A stretch of DNA of 64,000 nucleotides, taken from NCBI GenBank assembly GCA_964611725.1, contig CAZTBA010000001.1, forward strand, positions 1,117-65,116, given 5' to 3'. Below are positions 34,096 to 42,108 of the stretch, piece by piece. The position numbers and the translations under genes are program-made. The notes beneath the pieces are model-generated. The model was given only the letters and a program-made list of their open reading frames with translations. It did no database searches and was not told where the DNA came from. The first letter of the stretch is position 1, and each line of letters opens with the position of its first letter. This stretch comes from an uncultured bacterium. Its GTDB lineage: Bacteria; Latescibacterota; CAZTBA01.

Positions 34096-36663
34096 TTACT
34101 CGGACTTAGTCAGTTCCCCAACGATCTCCCTGAAGAGCTTCTGCTTCTCTTCTGAGCTTAGATTTCCCTGGATGTTTAGTTGCTCCTCTGGTGGCTTCCT
34201 GACCTTTTCCACCCCTGGAACATCCATCCTCCATTCTGCCTCTACTTCCTCAATTGGGGTGGCATATTTGGCTCTACAACGCTTAATTATCTCCTGGCTG
34301 AAATCAGGCATATCGAAGCCTTCCTCCTCCCATTCTGGAGGCAGGGCTGACATTGTAAAGGTATGTTCGTCTACCTTGACCAAAGTTTCATATGGTGGTA
34401 GCTGGGTGAAATGTTTGGCCTGGAACTTCTCTCCATACTGCCTGGACATGAGCGAAGCATACTCAGCTCCCAGGCGGAAGCTCACAATTGTGCCAACATT
34501 GCCAAAAATTGAGCTTCTAATTTCCGCTGGGATCTGGGCCATGTTCTGATGGGCCATGATGAGGCTGATGCCGTATTCTGCTCCCATCGAGAGGATGTCC
34601 GTGATCGCCGGGGTCAGGTACTCCTGCAGCTCGTCTAAGAAGATATAAAAGTCGCTGCGCTTCTCGACAGGGCGGTTCATTGCTGAGAGTTCCAGTTCTG
34701 TGACTAACATCCTACCCAGGATTGCCCTACGTTCCTGGCCGATGTCTGAAAGATCCACTATGAGGATGCGATTGTTAGTGACAATGTCCTCGAAATCTAA
34801 TTTGCACTCCTTTTGACAGAGCATCCTGCCTATAAGTTCATCCCCGACAAACTGATCCAACCTGTTTATAACTCCCTCTGCGGAGACATCATATCTTAAC
34901 CTCGGATCTATGCGCTCATCTATACTTCTCCAGAAGCGTATAAGGTGGCGGTTCTTCTCTGGATCGAGCTGGCTTAAGGTCTCCTTCCGGATTTCCTTAT
35001 CGTCCAAAAATCTTGTGATATCTCTCAATGTAGCTCCTTCGATTTCGAAGAAGACAAGCATAGCGTTTCTCAGAATCCTTATCATCCTGGCAGTCAAAGG
35101 ATCGCCTCTATAAAATGTGATTTTATCCACAAGCATTATAAAATCCTGGATGACATCACTCCTGGGCCGGTGTTTGCCAAGCTGGAAGATATTGAGAGCG
35201 AAAGGATAATCACGGTCATTCGGCCTGAAATATATCACATCATCTACCCTATGTTCTGGAACCAGCCTCAGGACTGTTCGTGCTAAACTTCCCTTCGGAT
35301 CAAAGGGTGCTATCCCCTTTCCTCTGTCCATCACATCCCGGATCGGGTGGGTTCCCAGCGTGCTCTTGCCCATTCTTGTAGCCCCGGCTATGAGCATATG
35401 CCTGTTAAGCCTAATGTCAGAGATCCGGATCGGTATTTCCTGATTCCTATACCTATTGACACCAATTAATACCCCTTCGGAAAGATCCGTCGGTGCTCCC
35501 ACCTGTGGGATCTTCACTCTTTTAAGCTTATCGCTTTCCACCTTTGCTGTGGGCAGGTGAACTAGACCAGTAAGTTCCGTGGGGTTTAGGAGTGCGCCAT
35601 ACCGGTAGCTCAACCTTCCTCGAATCAGTTCCCAGAGATGGCTCCCTTCCTCAACAGGGATAAATCTCTGGAACTCGGTGTTAAATAGCTCAAGGTATCT
35701 ATAAAGCCGATACATCGCCTCTGCAGAGCTTCCTGCTGTGCGAACCTGAATGGCAAAGAAAGGTTCCTGGGCTTTCTCAGTGGCTATTGCCCTAAGATCT
35801 ATCTCTGCTTCTCTCGGGAAGCCTGTTACCTCATCCATCACCGCCTGCTTGAGATTTGCTGTCCAGTCCCCTCTGCATTTTGTCACCAGTATCTGCAATA
35901 TGGCTACTTCCTGCTCTGTCAGCACCTCCATCACTCCTGCAAGATATACCAGGAGATCCTCTCCCTGAAGCGCATCACGGAGCGGGAAAAGATGGGAGTC
36001 AGCTAAGCTGTAAGACCAGATATAACGAGGGATTACATTCCCAAGCATATCCTCTCCCGATATCTCAAACTGGCTTTTGGGGTATTGGGTATACAAAAGC
36101 CCCATAAGGATGTTCAGGAAAATCTCCGGACAGGCAATCTGCAGGGTCAGTTCGTCATGATCGGCTATCACTTCGAATGAGGTAATGTAGTCGCTTGACA
36201 GCCCCACGAGAACGCCCAAAGTGTTCTGTGGCTGTACATCCTCCTCAAACATAATTGCCCTGATAAATCGCAACGGCATGGGATTATATGGCCTGGCCCT
36301 AAAGTGCACGGGAACAATCTCTCTCTTCTTCAAGAGTCTCGAAATTGGTGAAAGACGGATCGGTCCTGTGTAACCCAAAACGTATCTATCTGCATCATTA
36401 AGCTCAGTAGAGCGAAATGGCTCATAGGGAGGTTCTAAGTGTATGGGATAAGAAAAAGGTATTAGATTACCCTGGCCACGCCTTAGCTCTGAATAACGCT
36501 TGAGCTCCCGCAGCTCCTCCATTGAGGTAATAGACCCTGAATCCCTGCTCAAAAGGCTATCCAATTTTCGCTCATGCCGCTCCCACAGGGAGCCTGGTTC
36601 TTCTATCTCCACTCTTCTTCTGAGTGGAGGTTTTCCGCTTTTAAGGAGAGTTGCTTTAGACAT
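34096..36663 (-). CDS. TraD/VirD4-like type IV coupling protein (FtsK/HerA-superfamily ATPase) with a ~420-aa unassigned N-terminal region
   Basis: Walker A LIAGATRMGKST, then FDPKG; Walker B FYIFLDELQ; then ISLIMAHQNMAQI. Confidence 0.7.
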   Translation of the reverse strand: MSKATLLKSGKPPLRRRVEIEEPGSLWERHERKLDSLLSRDSGSITSMEELRELKRYSELRRGQGNLIPFSYPIHLEPPYEPFRSTELNDADRYVLGYTGPIRLSPISRLLKKREIVPVHFRARPYNPMPLRFIRAIMFEEDVQPQNTLGVLVGLSSDYITSFEVIADHDELTLQIACPEIFLNILMGLLYTQYPKSQFEISGEDMLGNVIPRYIWSYSLADSHLFPLRDALQGEDLLVYLAGVMEVLTEQEVAILQILVTKCRGDWTANLKQAVMDEVTGFPREAEIDLRAIATEKAQEPFFAIQVRTAGSSAEAMYRLYRYLELFNTEFQRFIPVEEGSHLWELIRGRLSYRYGALLNPTELTGLVHLPTAKVESDKLKRVKIPQVGAPTDLSEGVLIGVNRYRNQEIPIRISDIRLNRHMLIAGATRMGKSTLGTHPIRDVMDRGKGIAPFDPKGSLARTVLRLVPEHRVDDVIYFRPNDRDYPFALNIFQLGKHRPRSDVIQDFIMLVDKITFYRGDPLTARMIRILRNAMLVFFEIEGATLRDITRFLDDKEIRKETLSQLDPEKNRHLIRFWRSIDERIDPRLRYDVSAEGVINRLDQFVGDELIGRMLCQKECKLDFEDIVTNNRILIVDLSDIGQERRAILGRMLVTELELSAMNRPVEKRSDFYIFLDELQEYLTPAITDILSMGAEYGISLIMAHQNMAQIPAEIRSSIFGNVGTIVSFRLGAEYASLMSRQYGEKFQAKHFTQLPPYETLVKVDEHTFTMSALPPEWEEEGFDMPDFSQEIIKRCRAKYATPIEEVEAEWRMDVPGVEKVRKPPEEQLNIQGNLSSEEKQKLFREIVGELTKSE

Positions 36664-37021
36664 CTATGGTCACCTCGCATTGTGGACACGTGATTTCGTG
36701 TGTGTAGGTTTTGCAGCTTCGACATCGGGAGAGGATATGCCTGACAGTGTTTGAACCACACTGACAATGCCATAACCCATTCAGATCGATTTCCAGGCCA
36801 CAGTTGTAACACCTTTCCGTTGAAATAAACAGCCGCTGTATTGCCCTTCTATAGCCAGGATGTAAAAAAACCAGGAAATGGTTTCCAATGATGAGCAGAC
36901 CTATGGCATCGTTCGTGTCATCTCCCGATGAGCCTATTATTAGCACTACTATCATCAGAAATACGTTGGAAATGATGAAATACCCCACGGAGATCAGATG
37001 CCGTCTGTTCCGTAGCTTCAT
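36656..37021 (-). CDS. membrane protein with a C-terminal double zinc ribbon
   Basis: Two hydrophobic helices, then CYNCG...CQCG...CRSC...CPQC. Confidence 0.5.
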   Translation of the reverse strand: MKLRNRRHLISVGYFIISNVFLMIVVLIIGSSGDDTNDAIGLLIIGNHFLVFLHPGYRRAIQRLFISTERCYNCGLEIDLNGLWHCQCGSNTVRHILSRCRSCKTYTHEITCPQCEVTIDV

Positions 37022-37921
37022 TTACTCCACCTCCCAGCGTTTCCTTACCTTTCCAGCCACCTTGTCCTGTGGCCCTATCCATATGGGCTTACGTTCATCC
37101 CGGTTCATAATTGCAGCCACTGTAGTAAAGCGAAACAGGTTTTCACCCCCAATTCCTCTATCATCTTCTTTTGTAGAGGACACCAGTTTAAGCGTTTCTC
37201 CCATGCGTTTCTCATTTGCGTATATAACCATTACCCTGAAAAAAGGCTCCTCCAGATCAGGAAGATTGTATTGAGTCTGGAACTGATCCTGATAGTCCTG
37301 CTTAAAAGCCCCGGTGTTTTTATACCGCTTATATTGGTTCAATTTGCTTTTCACATCTTCTTTGGCATTGTTGACCTCGACCTCGATCAAAAACAGGCTG
37401 AAGTAACCCTTCTCATAGATAAGGAGTATAGCGCTATCCGATTTGATCCTTCCACCCCATAGCCTTGGTGTCGGTAACACATAGAAATGCTTCACCTGCG
37501 TTAACCCCTCGTATCTTTCTATGAAGTAGAACACTGCCTCGGCGGTTAATCTGTGATGCTCAAACAGAAGCTTTGTATTGCCTGGATTGGGAGGTCCTGG
37601 GATCCGGCCATGATCCACCATCGACAGATCCTCAGGTTCTTCACTTAACACCTTCATCAACACTTCTTGCACGCCCAGAGCTGTGGCGTAAAATAGCCGG
37701 TCTTTCTCCCTTATATAGCCCAGCTTAAGCATGGAAGCCCAGCGCCTGGACATCGAGACATTTGCGCTGTCCCCTTCTCCAAAGATATGACGCTGTATTT
37801 GCTGGCGTGTACAATATCCCGTCTGGAGCATCCTATAGATGATAAGCGCATCCCGGGGTGTCGGTGAAAATGTCCCTTTATCAGTATTAGTCATACTCTT
37901 GCCTTCTCCTTTCTCTTGCAT
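37022..37921 (-). CDS. Replic_Relax-like (replication-relaxation family) protein; start uncertain (37921 or 37894)
   Basis: N-terminal wHTH-like TPRDALIIYRMLQTGYCTRQQIQRHIF, then EHHRLTAE...IKSDSAILLI...FLIEVEVNN...KLNQYKRY. This layout is as I remember the family, and it sits next to a T4CP. Confidence 0.55.
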   Translation of the reverse strand: MQEKGEGKSMTNTDKGTFSPTPRDALIIYRMLQTGYCTRQQIQRHIFGEGDSANVSMSRRWASMLKLGYIREKDRLFYATALGVQEVLMKVLSEEPEDLSMVDHGRIPGPPNPGNTKLLFEHHRLTAEAVFYFIERYEGLTQVKHFYVLPTPRLWGGRIKSDSAILLIYEKGYFSLFLIEVEVNNAKEDVKSKLNQYKRYKNTGAFKQDYQDQFQTQYNLPDLEEPFFRVMVIYANEKRMGETLKLVSSTKEDDRGIGGENLFRFTTVAAIMNRDERKPIWIGPQDKVAGKVRKRWEVE

Positions 37922-38222
37922 CCAACAACTGTTTCACAGTGTAGATGGGCAGAGCCAAAAGCAAAACTACAAGGATATTCTTTGCTGTCATCTGGTTACT
38001 AAATATCAGGTTAATAGCTACTCCCATCACGAATAACGCATAGAAGAACCATATTCGGAACAACATTCCCCTATTCCGCATGGGCCTTCGCCAGAGGTTT
38101 AGAAGTGGATTGATTAGGCGATGCTTGACAAATCCCGGTATCAGTCCCCGGGCGATGTGGAATGCAATCACTAAGAAGGCAACCGCTATAATGAAGCTTA
38201 TGAGTCGATCTTCCATCAACAT
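37887..38222 (-). CDS. small integral membrane protein (3 predicted helices)
   Basis: Hydrophobic stretches FIIAVAFLVIAF, FFYALFVMGVAINLIF, ILVVLLLALPIY. Confidence 0.5.
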   Translation of the reverse strand: MLMEDRLISFIIAVAFLVIAFHIARGLIPGFVKHRLINPLLNLWRRPMRNRGMLFRIWFFYALFVMGVAINLIFSNQMTAKNILVVLLLALPIYTVKQLLDARERRRQEYD

Positions 38223-38295
38223 CTTGCCCCTTGTGTGAATTCAGGAGGCGAGATACTTCCCGCCTCCTGAGGGTATGTTTTCGCTATAGCTCAAC

Positions 38296-38970
38296 CTATA
38301 TGGGTCGCACGGCCTGGGCTTGGATGCCCTTACCTGTTGCATAGAGCGGTATAAAGCTTACCTGCATACCCGGCGTTAAAGACCCTGCCACTTGAGATCT
38401 ATGCATGAAGATCTCTGTGCCAGTCCCATCCTGTATGATAAACCCAAATCCTCTCACCGGGTTGTAGAACTTCACCCTACCGGTGCGACGCACACCCTGG
38501 TCGGCAACAAAGACCTCTCTGCTCCCTCTTCCTCCGGTCTTTCTGGCAAAGTGTCCGTCATCCCTGCTGATGCCTTGAGGACGGTGGTAAGTTGGCGCAT
38601 TTGACCAATTGATCCAGAGCTGATCGTGATAGAATCCTGATTTCCCATTTCGGGTTATAACGATGTTCATATCAAACGGTGGCTCTATGGGCACTATGGC
38701 AATGCCGTTCGATGTATCCAGGCTGAACCTCTGACCGTTGCCATTTGCAGAAAAGTTATAACTGTACTCAGCTTTGACGACCTGCTTTCCGTTTACCTCC
38801 TGGAAGAACTTGACGGATAAGCCTTTCAGGTCATCGAAACCCAGCATCATCGCAAAGTCGTGCTGGTAGTGATCCTCTGGATGAGGGAGATCCTTGCCAT
38901 AGGATCTGGCCAACTGGGTGATTTCTGATATGAGCTTCCGCGACATGATGTTTGCATCTTGAGGTTTCAT
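38296..38970 (-). CDS. fusion of an unassigned ~150-aa domain with a C-terminal cold-shock domain
   Basis: GRVKFYNPVRGFGFIIQDGTGTEIFMHRSQV...GMQVSF carries CSD RNP1/RNP2-like motifs. It starts 21 nt after the E1 gene. Confidence 0.7.
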   Translation of the reverse strand: MKPQDANIMSRKLISEITQLARSYGKDLPHPEDHYQHDFAMMLGFDDLKGLSVKFFQEVNGKQVVKAEYSYNFSANGNGQRFSLDTSNGIAIVPIEPPFDMNIVITRNGKSGFYHDQLWINWSNAPTYHRPQGISRDDGHFARKTGGRGSREVFVADQGVRRTGRVKFYNPVRGFGFIIQDGTGTEIFMHRSQVAGSLTPGMQVSFIPLYATGKGIQAQAVRPI

Positions 38971-38991
38971 GATTTATCTCCTGGGTTAATG

Positions 38992-40467
38992 TTACGATTT
39001 AATGCTCTCTGCTTCCACTTCCACCACTTTGCTTCCTGCTTCCATATCAGTGGCCTTAGGGATGGCTCTCGGATTTCCCCTGACGGCTTTGAGGTAATCC
39101 GGAACCAGTTCCAGATCGCCAAGCCCCAGGACACCTTCTGGACTGCAGATCGGGCAGGAAGGATCTGTAGACACTTCTATATGCATCACCTCCCCTTTGA
39201 GTTGATCGTATGCCACGTACCTGCGGATTTTCCTATACGGGTACACGACATTGTGGATCTCTGCCACAGCCAGTGAGGCCATGGTGGCATTGATATGATA
39301 GACCGCAGGCGAGGGCATATCGCGTATATAGCCCCGCTTGATGAGTAAACTTCTCTCCTCCTCACTGGATAGTTCCCAACTTGCCATCTGGGTATCGAAA
39401 ATGGACGCACACTGGAGACACCACTCCCCTACCGGTGGGATCACGCACTCTCCGCTTATGTCTTTGATATTTCCCTCACTGTCCACATCTATGTTTACCC
39501 CAACGTGAACTATTGGGATCAGATACTGCGCCGACAGCCGGTTAGAAACCAGGCGGCTTGCGTGTGTATCCGTGCACACGACAAGAAGGTCACATCCCTT
39601 CAGGGCATCTATGGATTCTCTGTCAAAGAGCGATTGGTCCAGTATCTCAGCTTCAGCCTCAGGCGCAGCCCTTCTGATATTTCTCGCAGCAACTATTACC
39701 TTTGGCGTGCCTCGTTTGGCATCCCAGTTCGTTGCTCCTAAAAGGCGATTGAGGTTTGTCCTCTCTACCCTGTCGTTGTCCACAAGGACCCACTTCCTTA
39801 CGCCCAGACGTGTCAATTCTTCGCATACCACACTTCCTGTTCCACCCAGACCGATAAGGCCGATGCGAAGCTCGCTCAAACGCTTCTGAAAAGCCTCTCC
39901 AAAGGCCATAACCTGCCTGGAAAAGACCTCATCAGACTTTTCTCTACCCGGTTCATTGCCATCCCTGATTCTCACCTCTTCATATGAGCCAAACCTTACA
40001 GCATCTGCCTTTTCTGCTACAGGACCGCCAGCATGTATTCTCCAGATCCTTGCATCTAATGCCTCTCTTGTCATTACCACAGAGCCGTATAAAGTCCCAG
40101 GTATTTTCCTGCCAAGATAGCTGGCCATTCCCCTTTCATAGCTATCATCAATGCCCGAGAATCTCACTACAGGGCTGTTGGACACATGCGTATGGAAGTC
40201 AATCTGTGAAAGCCCCTCCCGATGGGCCATTTTTAGTATATGTTGGTTGATTTCATCCCTTAGCTCCAACCGGCCAGCGCTTTGCTCAACAAATGCATCT
40301 TTGGGAAACAGGATAAAATGCCTGCCCAGAAGATGCACTTCACCTCCCACCTTGCTTATGCCGCAGAGTATGATAGCCATCTGTTCTTTCGCTCTATCAC
40401 TGAAGAGATGATCTTTCAATTTCTGAGCCATCTTTTCTGTCAATATGATCTTGTTCGGCATCGGCAT
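38992..40467 (-). CDS. JAB/JAMM metalloprotease fused to an E1-like (ThiF/MoeB-family) adenylating enzyme
   Basis: JAMM: EQMAIILCG...HTHVSNSPVVRFSGIDD (E, HxH, SxxD). E1: IGLIGLGGTGSVVCEELTRLGV...LVDNDRVERTNLNRL, plus CLQC and CPIC zinc-site pairs. Confidence 0.85.
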   Translation of the reverse strand: MPMPNKIILTEKMAQKLKDHLFSDRAKEQMAIILCGISKVGGEVHLLGRHFILFPKDAFVEQSAGRLELRDEINQHILKMAHREGLSQIDFHTHVSNSPVVRFSGIDDSYERGMASYLGRKIPGTLYGSVVMTREALDARIWRIHAGGPVAEKADAVRFGSYEEVRIRDGNEPGREKSDEVFSRQVMAFGEAFQKRLSELRIGLIGLGGTGSVVCEELTRLGVRKWVLVDNDRVERTNLNRLLGATNWDAKRGTPKVIVAARNIRRAAPEAEAEILDQSLFDRESIDALKGCDLLVVCTDTHASRLVSNRLSAQYLIPIVHVGVNIDVDSEGNIKDISGECVIPPVGEWCLQCASIFDTQMASWELSSEEERSLLIKRGYIRDMPSPAVYHINATMASLAVAEIHNVVYPYRKIRRYVAYDQLKGEVMHIEVSTDPSCPICSPEGVLGLGDLELVPDYLKAVRGNPRAIPKATDMEAGSKVVEVEAESIKS

Positions 40468-40473
40468 AGTCTC

Positions 40474-40944
40474 CTAATCATTCGTTAGAGTTTCCCTCAC
40501 CATGTTAAGAAAAGTCCACAGATTATCTGGTTGTCGGTAATCTGCTGAAGCCTTCCAGCCTCCCTGGCCAGAGGCAATACGCACACAGTACCAATACCAC
40601 CCCGCTTTTGTTAAATTTGGCGCTCCATGATAGCTTCTGCCTGTCAGATGGCTGTCAGAGCCTCCTCCGGTCAGCTGGAACTTCTTGTTAAGGTAAAAGC
40701 CTATGGGCGGTGTGTCTGGATAGCCCTCCGGGAAGACTATCATCAACTTGCACCATCTCTTCTGCCAGCGTTCAGGAAGGGCATATCTGGGGATCACAAG
40801 CCAGTCCCCATTCTCTTCGTCGTATAACACACCGCCGGCTTTTGCAAAGCGTGGTGCGATCATCAAGATCTCATTGTCAATCCGCTGCTTGCGTCGACCT
40901 GGCTGCACTTTACCAGAACCAAATAATGATTCCCAAATTGACAT
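40474..40944 (-). CDS. prokaryotic E2-like (UBC-fold) protein
   Basis: IVFPEGYPDTPPIGFYL...GWYWYCVRI...DNLWTFLNMV: a UBC-like YP(D)xPP flap and a candidate catalytic Cys. Lies between the Ubl and E1 genes. Confidence 0.7.
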   Translation of the reverse strand: MSIWESLFGSGKVQPGRRKQRIDNEILMIAPRFAKAGGVLYDEENGDWLVIPRYALPERWQKRWCKLMIVFPEGYPDTPPIGFYLNKKFQLTGGGSDSHLTGRSYHGAPNLTKAGWYWYCVRIASGQGGWKASADYRQPDNLWTFLNMVRETLTND

Positions 40945-41006
40945 TTACTTTCACCTCCTTTGAAGGGAGCAGGATAGCCTTCTTCGGCCATCCTACTCCC
41001 TAACCC

Positions 41007-41213
41007 TCAACCTTTGATGCGTTTTGGAGAGTCCACGAACATGTCTCCGTCTCTCACATGGACCTTGGAACCGGGTTTGAGGCTATAGTTACCCTCCTTT
41101 GTCTTATTGACCACAATCCGCCCGTCCTCGATCCCGCCAAATTCGCGGATCTCCTGCTCAGAGGTATTTGAAGGTATGCTGACCCTTCTACCATTAATGA
41201 TTGCTGTTGCCAT
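41007..41213 (-). CDS. 68-aa ubiquitin-like (beta-grasp) protein ending in a free C-terminal Gly
   Basis: MATAIINGRRVSIP...EIREFGG...VHVRDGDMFVDSPKRIKG-stop. The pattern resembles ThiS/MoaD/multiubiquitin-type modules. Context is E2 and E1. Confidence 0.65.
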   Translation of the reverse strand: MATAIINGRRVSIPSNTSEQEIREFGGIEDGRIVVNKTKEGNYSLKPGSKVHVRDGDMFVDSPKRIKG

Positions 41214-41214
41214 T

Positions 41215-41877
41215 TTACACCTCCTCTACTGTTTCAACAGTTTCTGCTACCGCTTCCTCAATCACCGATTCATCCTCATCCGGCATCTGGCTGAGGTCAA
41301 TGAACGAGTTCACTGCCTCCATAAGGTCCTGCGAGATCGCCGCCGGCGTCGCCGCAACTTCCACCCTGATCCCCCTCATCCTCAACCGCTCTGCAAGGGG
41401 GACGTAATCGCCATCACCGCTTGCGATTATGGCAATATCTGGCTTGACCTTGTCTGTGTAATCAGCCGCATCCAGGGCTAAAGCGACATCGAAGTTACAC
41501 TTTAGCTTCCCGTTTTCAACAAACTTGGCAAGTTTTGACCGGACGATGAAGCCTCCGCTCCTCAGTGACCGTGCTTTGGCTTCGCCTTCCTCCACCTGCC
41601 TCGGATCAATTCCCATGTAGACGAACGCCTCCAGTAGATGCCTACCCTCGCTCAGGTAGTCCCTGAATCTGAATGGATCCAGACGACGCCCCAGGGCTCG
41701 TAGTCCTGCCTCTATATTGTATAGTTCGATAAAGGCTACTGCTTTTTCCAACTTTGATTCGGTAAACATGCGCATATCATTTCTCCTTTCTTCTGGCAAT
41801 ACTCCTCTTTGGCTGGTAAAAGACCCATCTCCTACCATCCGGAACTCATTAACACTGGCCATCTTAGAATTTCCCAT
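41215..41877 (-). CDS. NYN/LabA-like (PIN-related) predicted RNase
   Basis: VAFIELYN...NFDVALALDAADY...IAIIASGDGDYVPLAERLRMRGIRVEV carry the conserved Asp clusters of NYN/LabA. Start is ATG 41877 behind AGGAGGTG, with 41775 as the alternative. The stop is 1 nt before the Ubl ATG. Confidence 0.75.
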   Translation of the reverse strand: MGNSKMASVNEFRMVGDGSFTSQRGVLPEERRNDMRMFTESKLEKAVAFIELYNIEAGLRALGRRLDPFRFRDYLSEGRHLLEAFVYMGIDPRQVEEGEAKARSLRSGGFIVRSKLAKFVENGKLKCNFDVALALDAADYTDKVKPDIAIIASGDGDYVPLAERLRMRGIRVEVAATPAAISQDLMEAVNSFIDLSQMPDEDESVIEEAVAETVETVEEV

Positions 41878-42040
41878 TAGCTTCTCACCTCCTTTCAAAT
41901 GATTTTCCTTTTACCCTATATAACGACAGATTGGAATTTTTCTTGCAGTCACCTTAGAGCATATTTTTGCATCAATCTGGTTGGTGTCTGATCTCGTTAT
42001 TCTCTACTTTGTATATGTAACGATACTTTGCTTTTTTTCT

Positions 42041-42080
42041 TGCAGAAAGAAAAAGGCTTCCGAAAAACTTCGGAAGCCTT
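42041..42080 (-). terminator. strong Rho-independent terminator ending the CHAT/sigma/anti-sigma operon
   Basis: Minus strand: AAGGCTTCCGAA-gttt-TTCGGAAGCCTT, then TTTTTCTTTCT, 29 nt after the stop at 42109. Confidence 0.75.
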
Positions 42081-42108
42081 ATAAAGAAACAGCCTATGAC
42101 GTTTATTC

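Noticed and set aside
36090-36098. Extra copy of TATACAAAA inside the T4CP gene
   Set aside because: A single 9-mer is expected about once by chance in 128 kb of two-strand sequence. Only the 11-12-mers clustered near the recombinase, and the 17-nt split match at 29263, were kept.
38240-38269. Hairpin TCAGGAGGCG-N10-CGCCTCCTGA after the CSD gene as a terminator
   Set aside because: It has no T-tract and overlaps the likely ribosome-binding region of the next gene. It may modulate translation, but I cannot call it a terminator.
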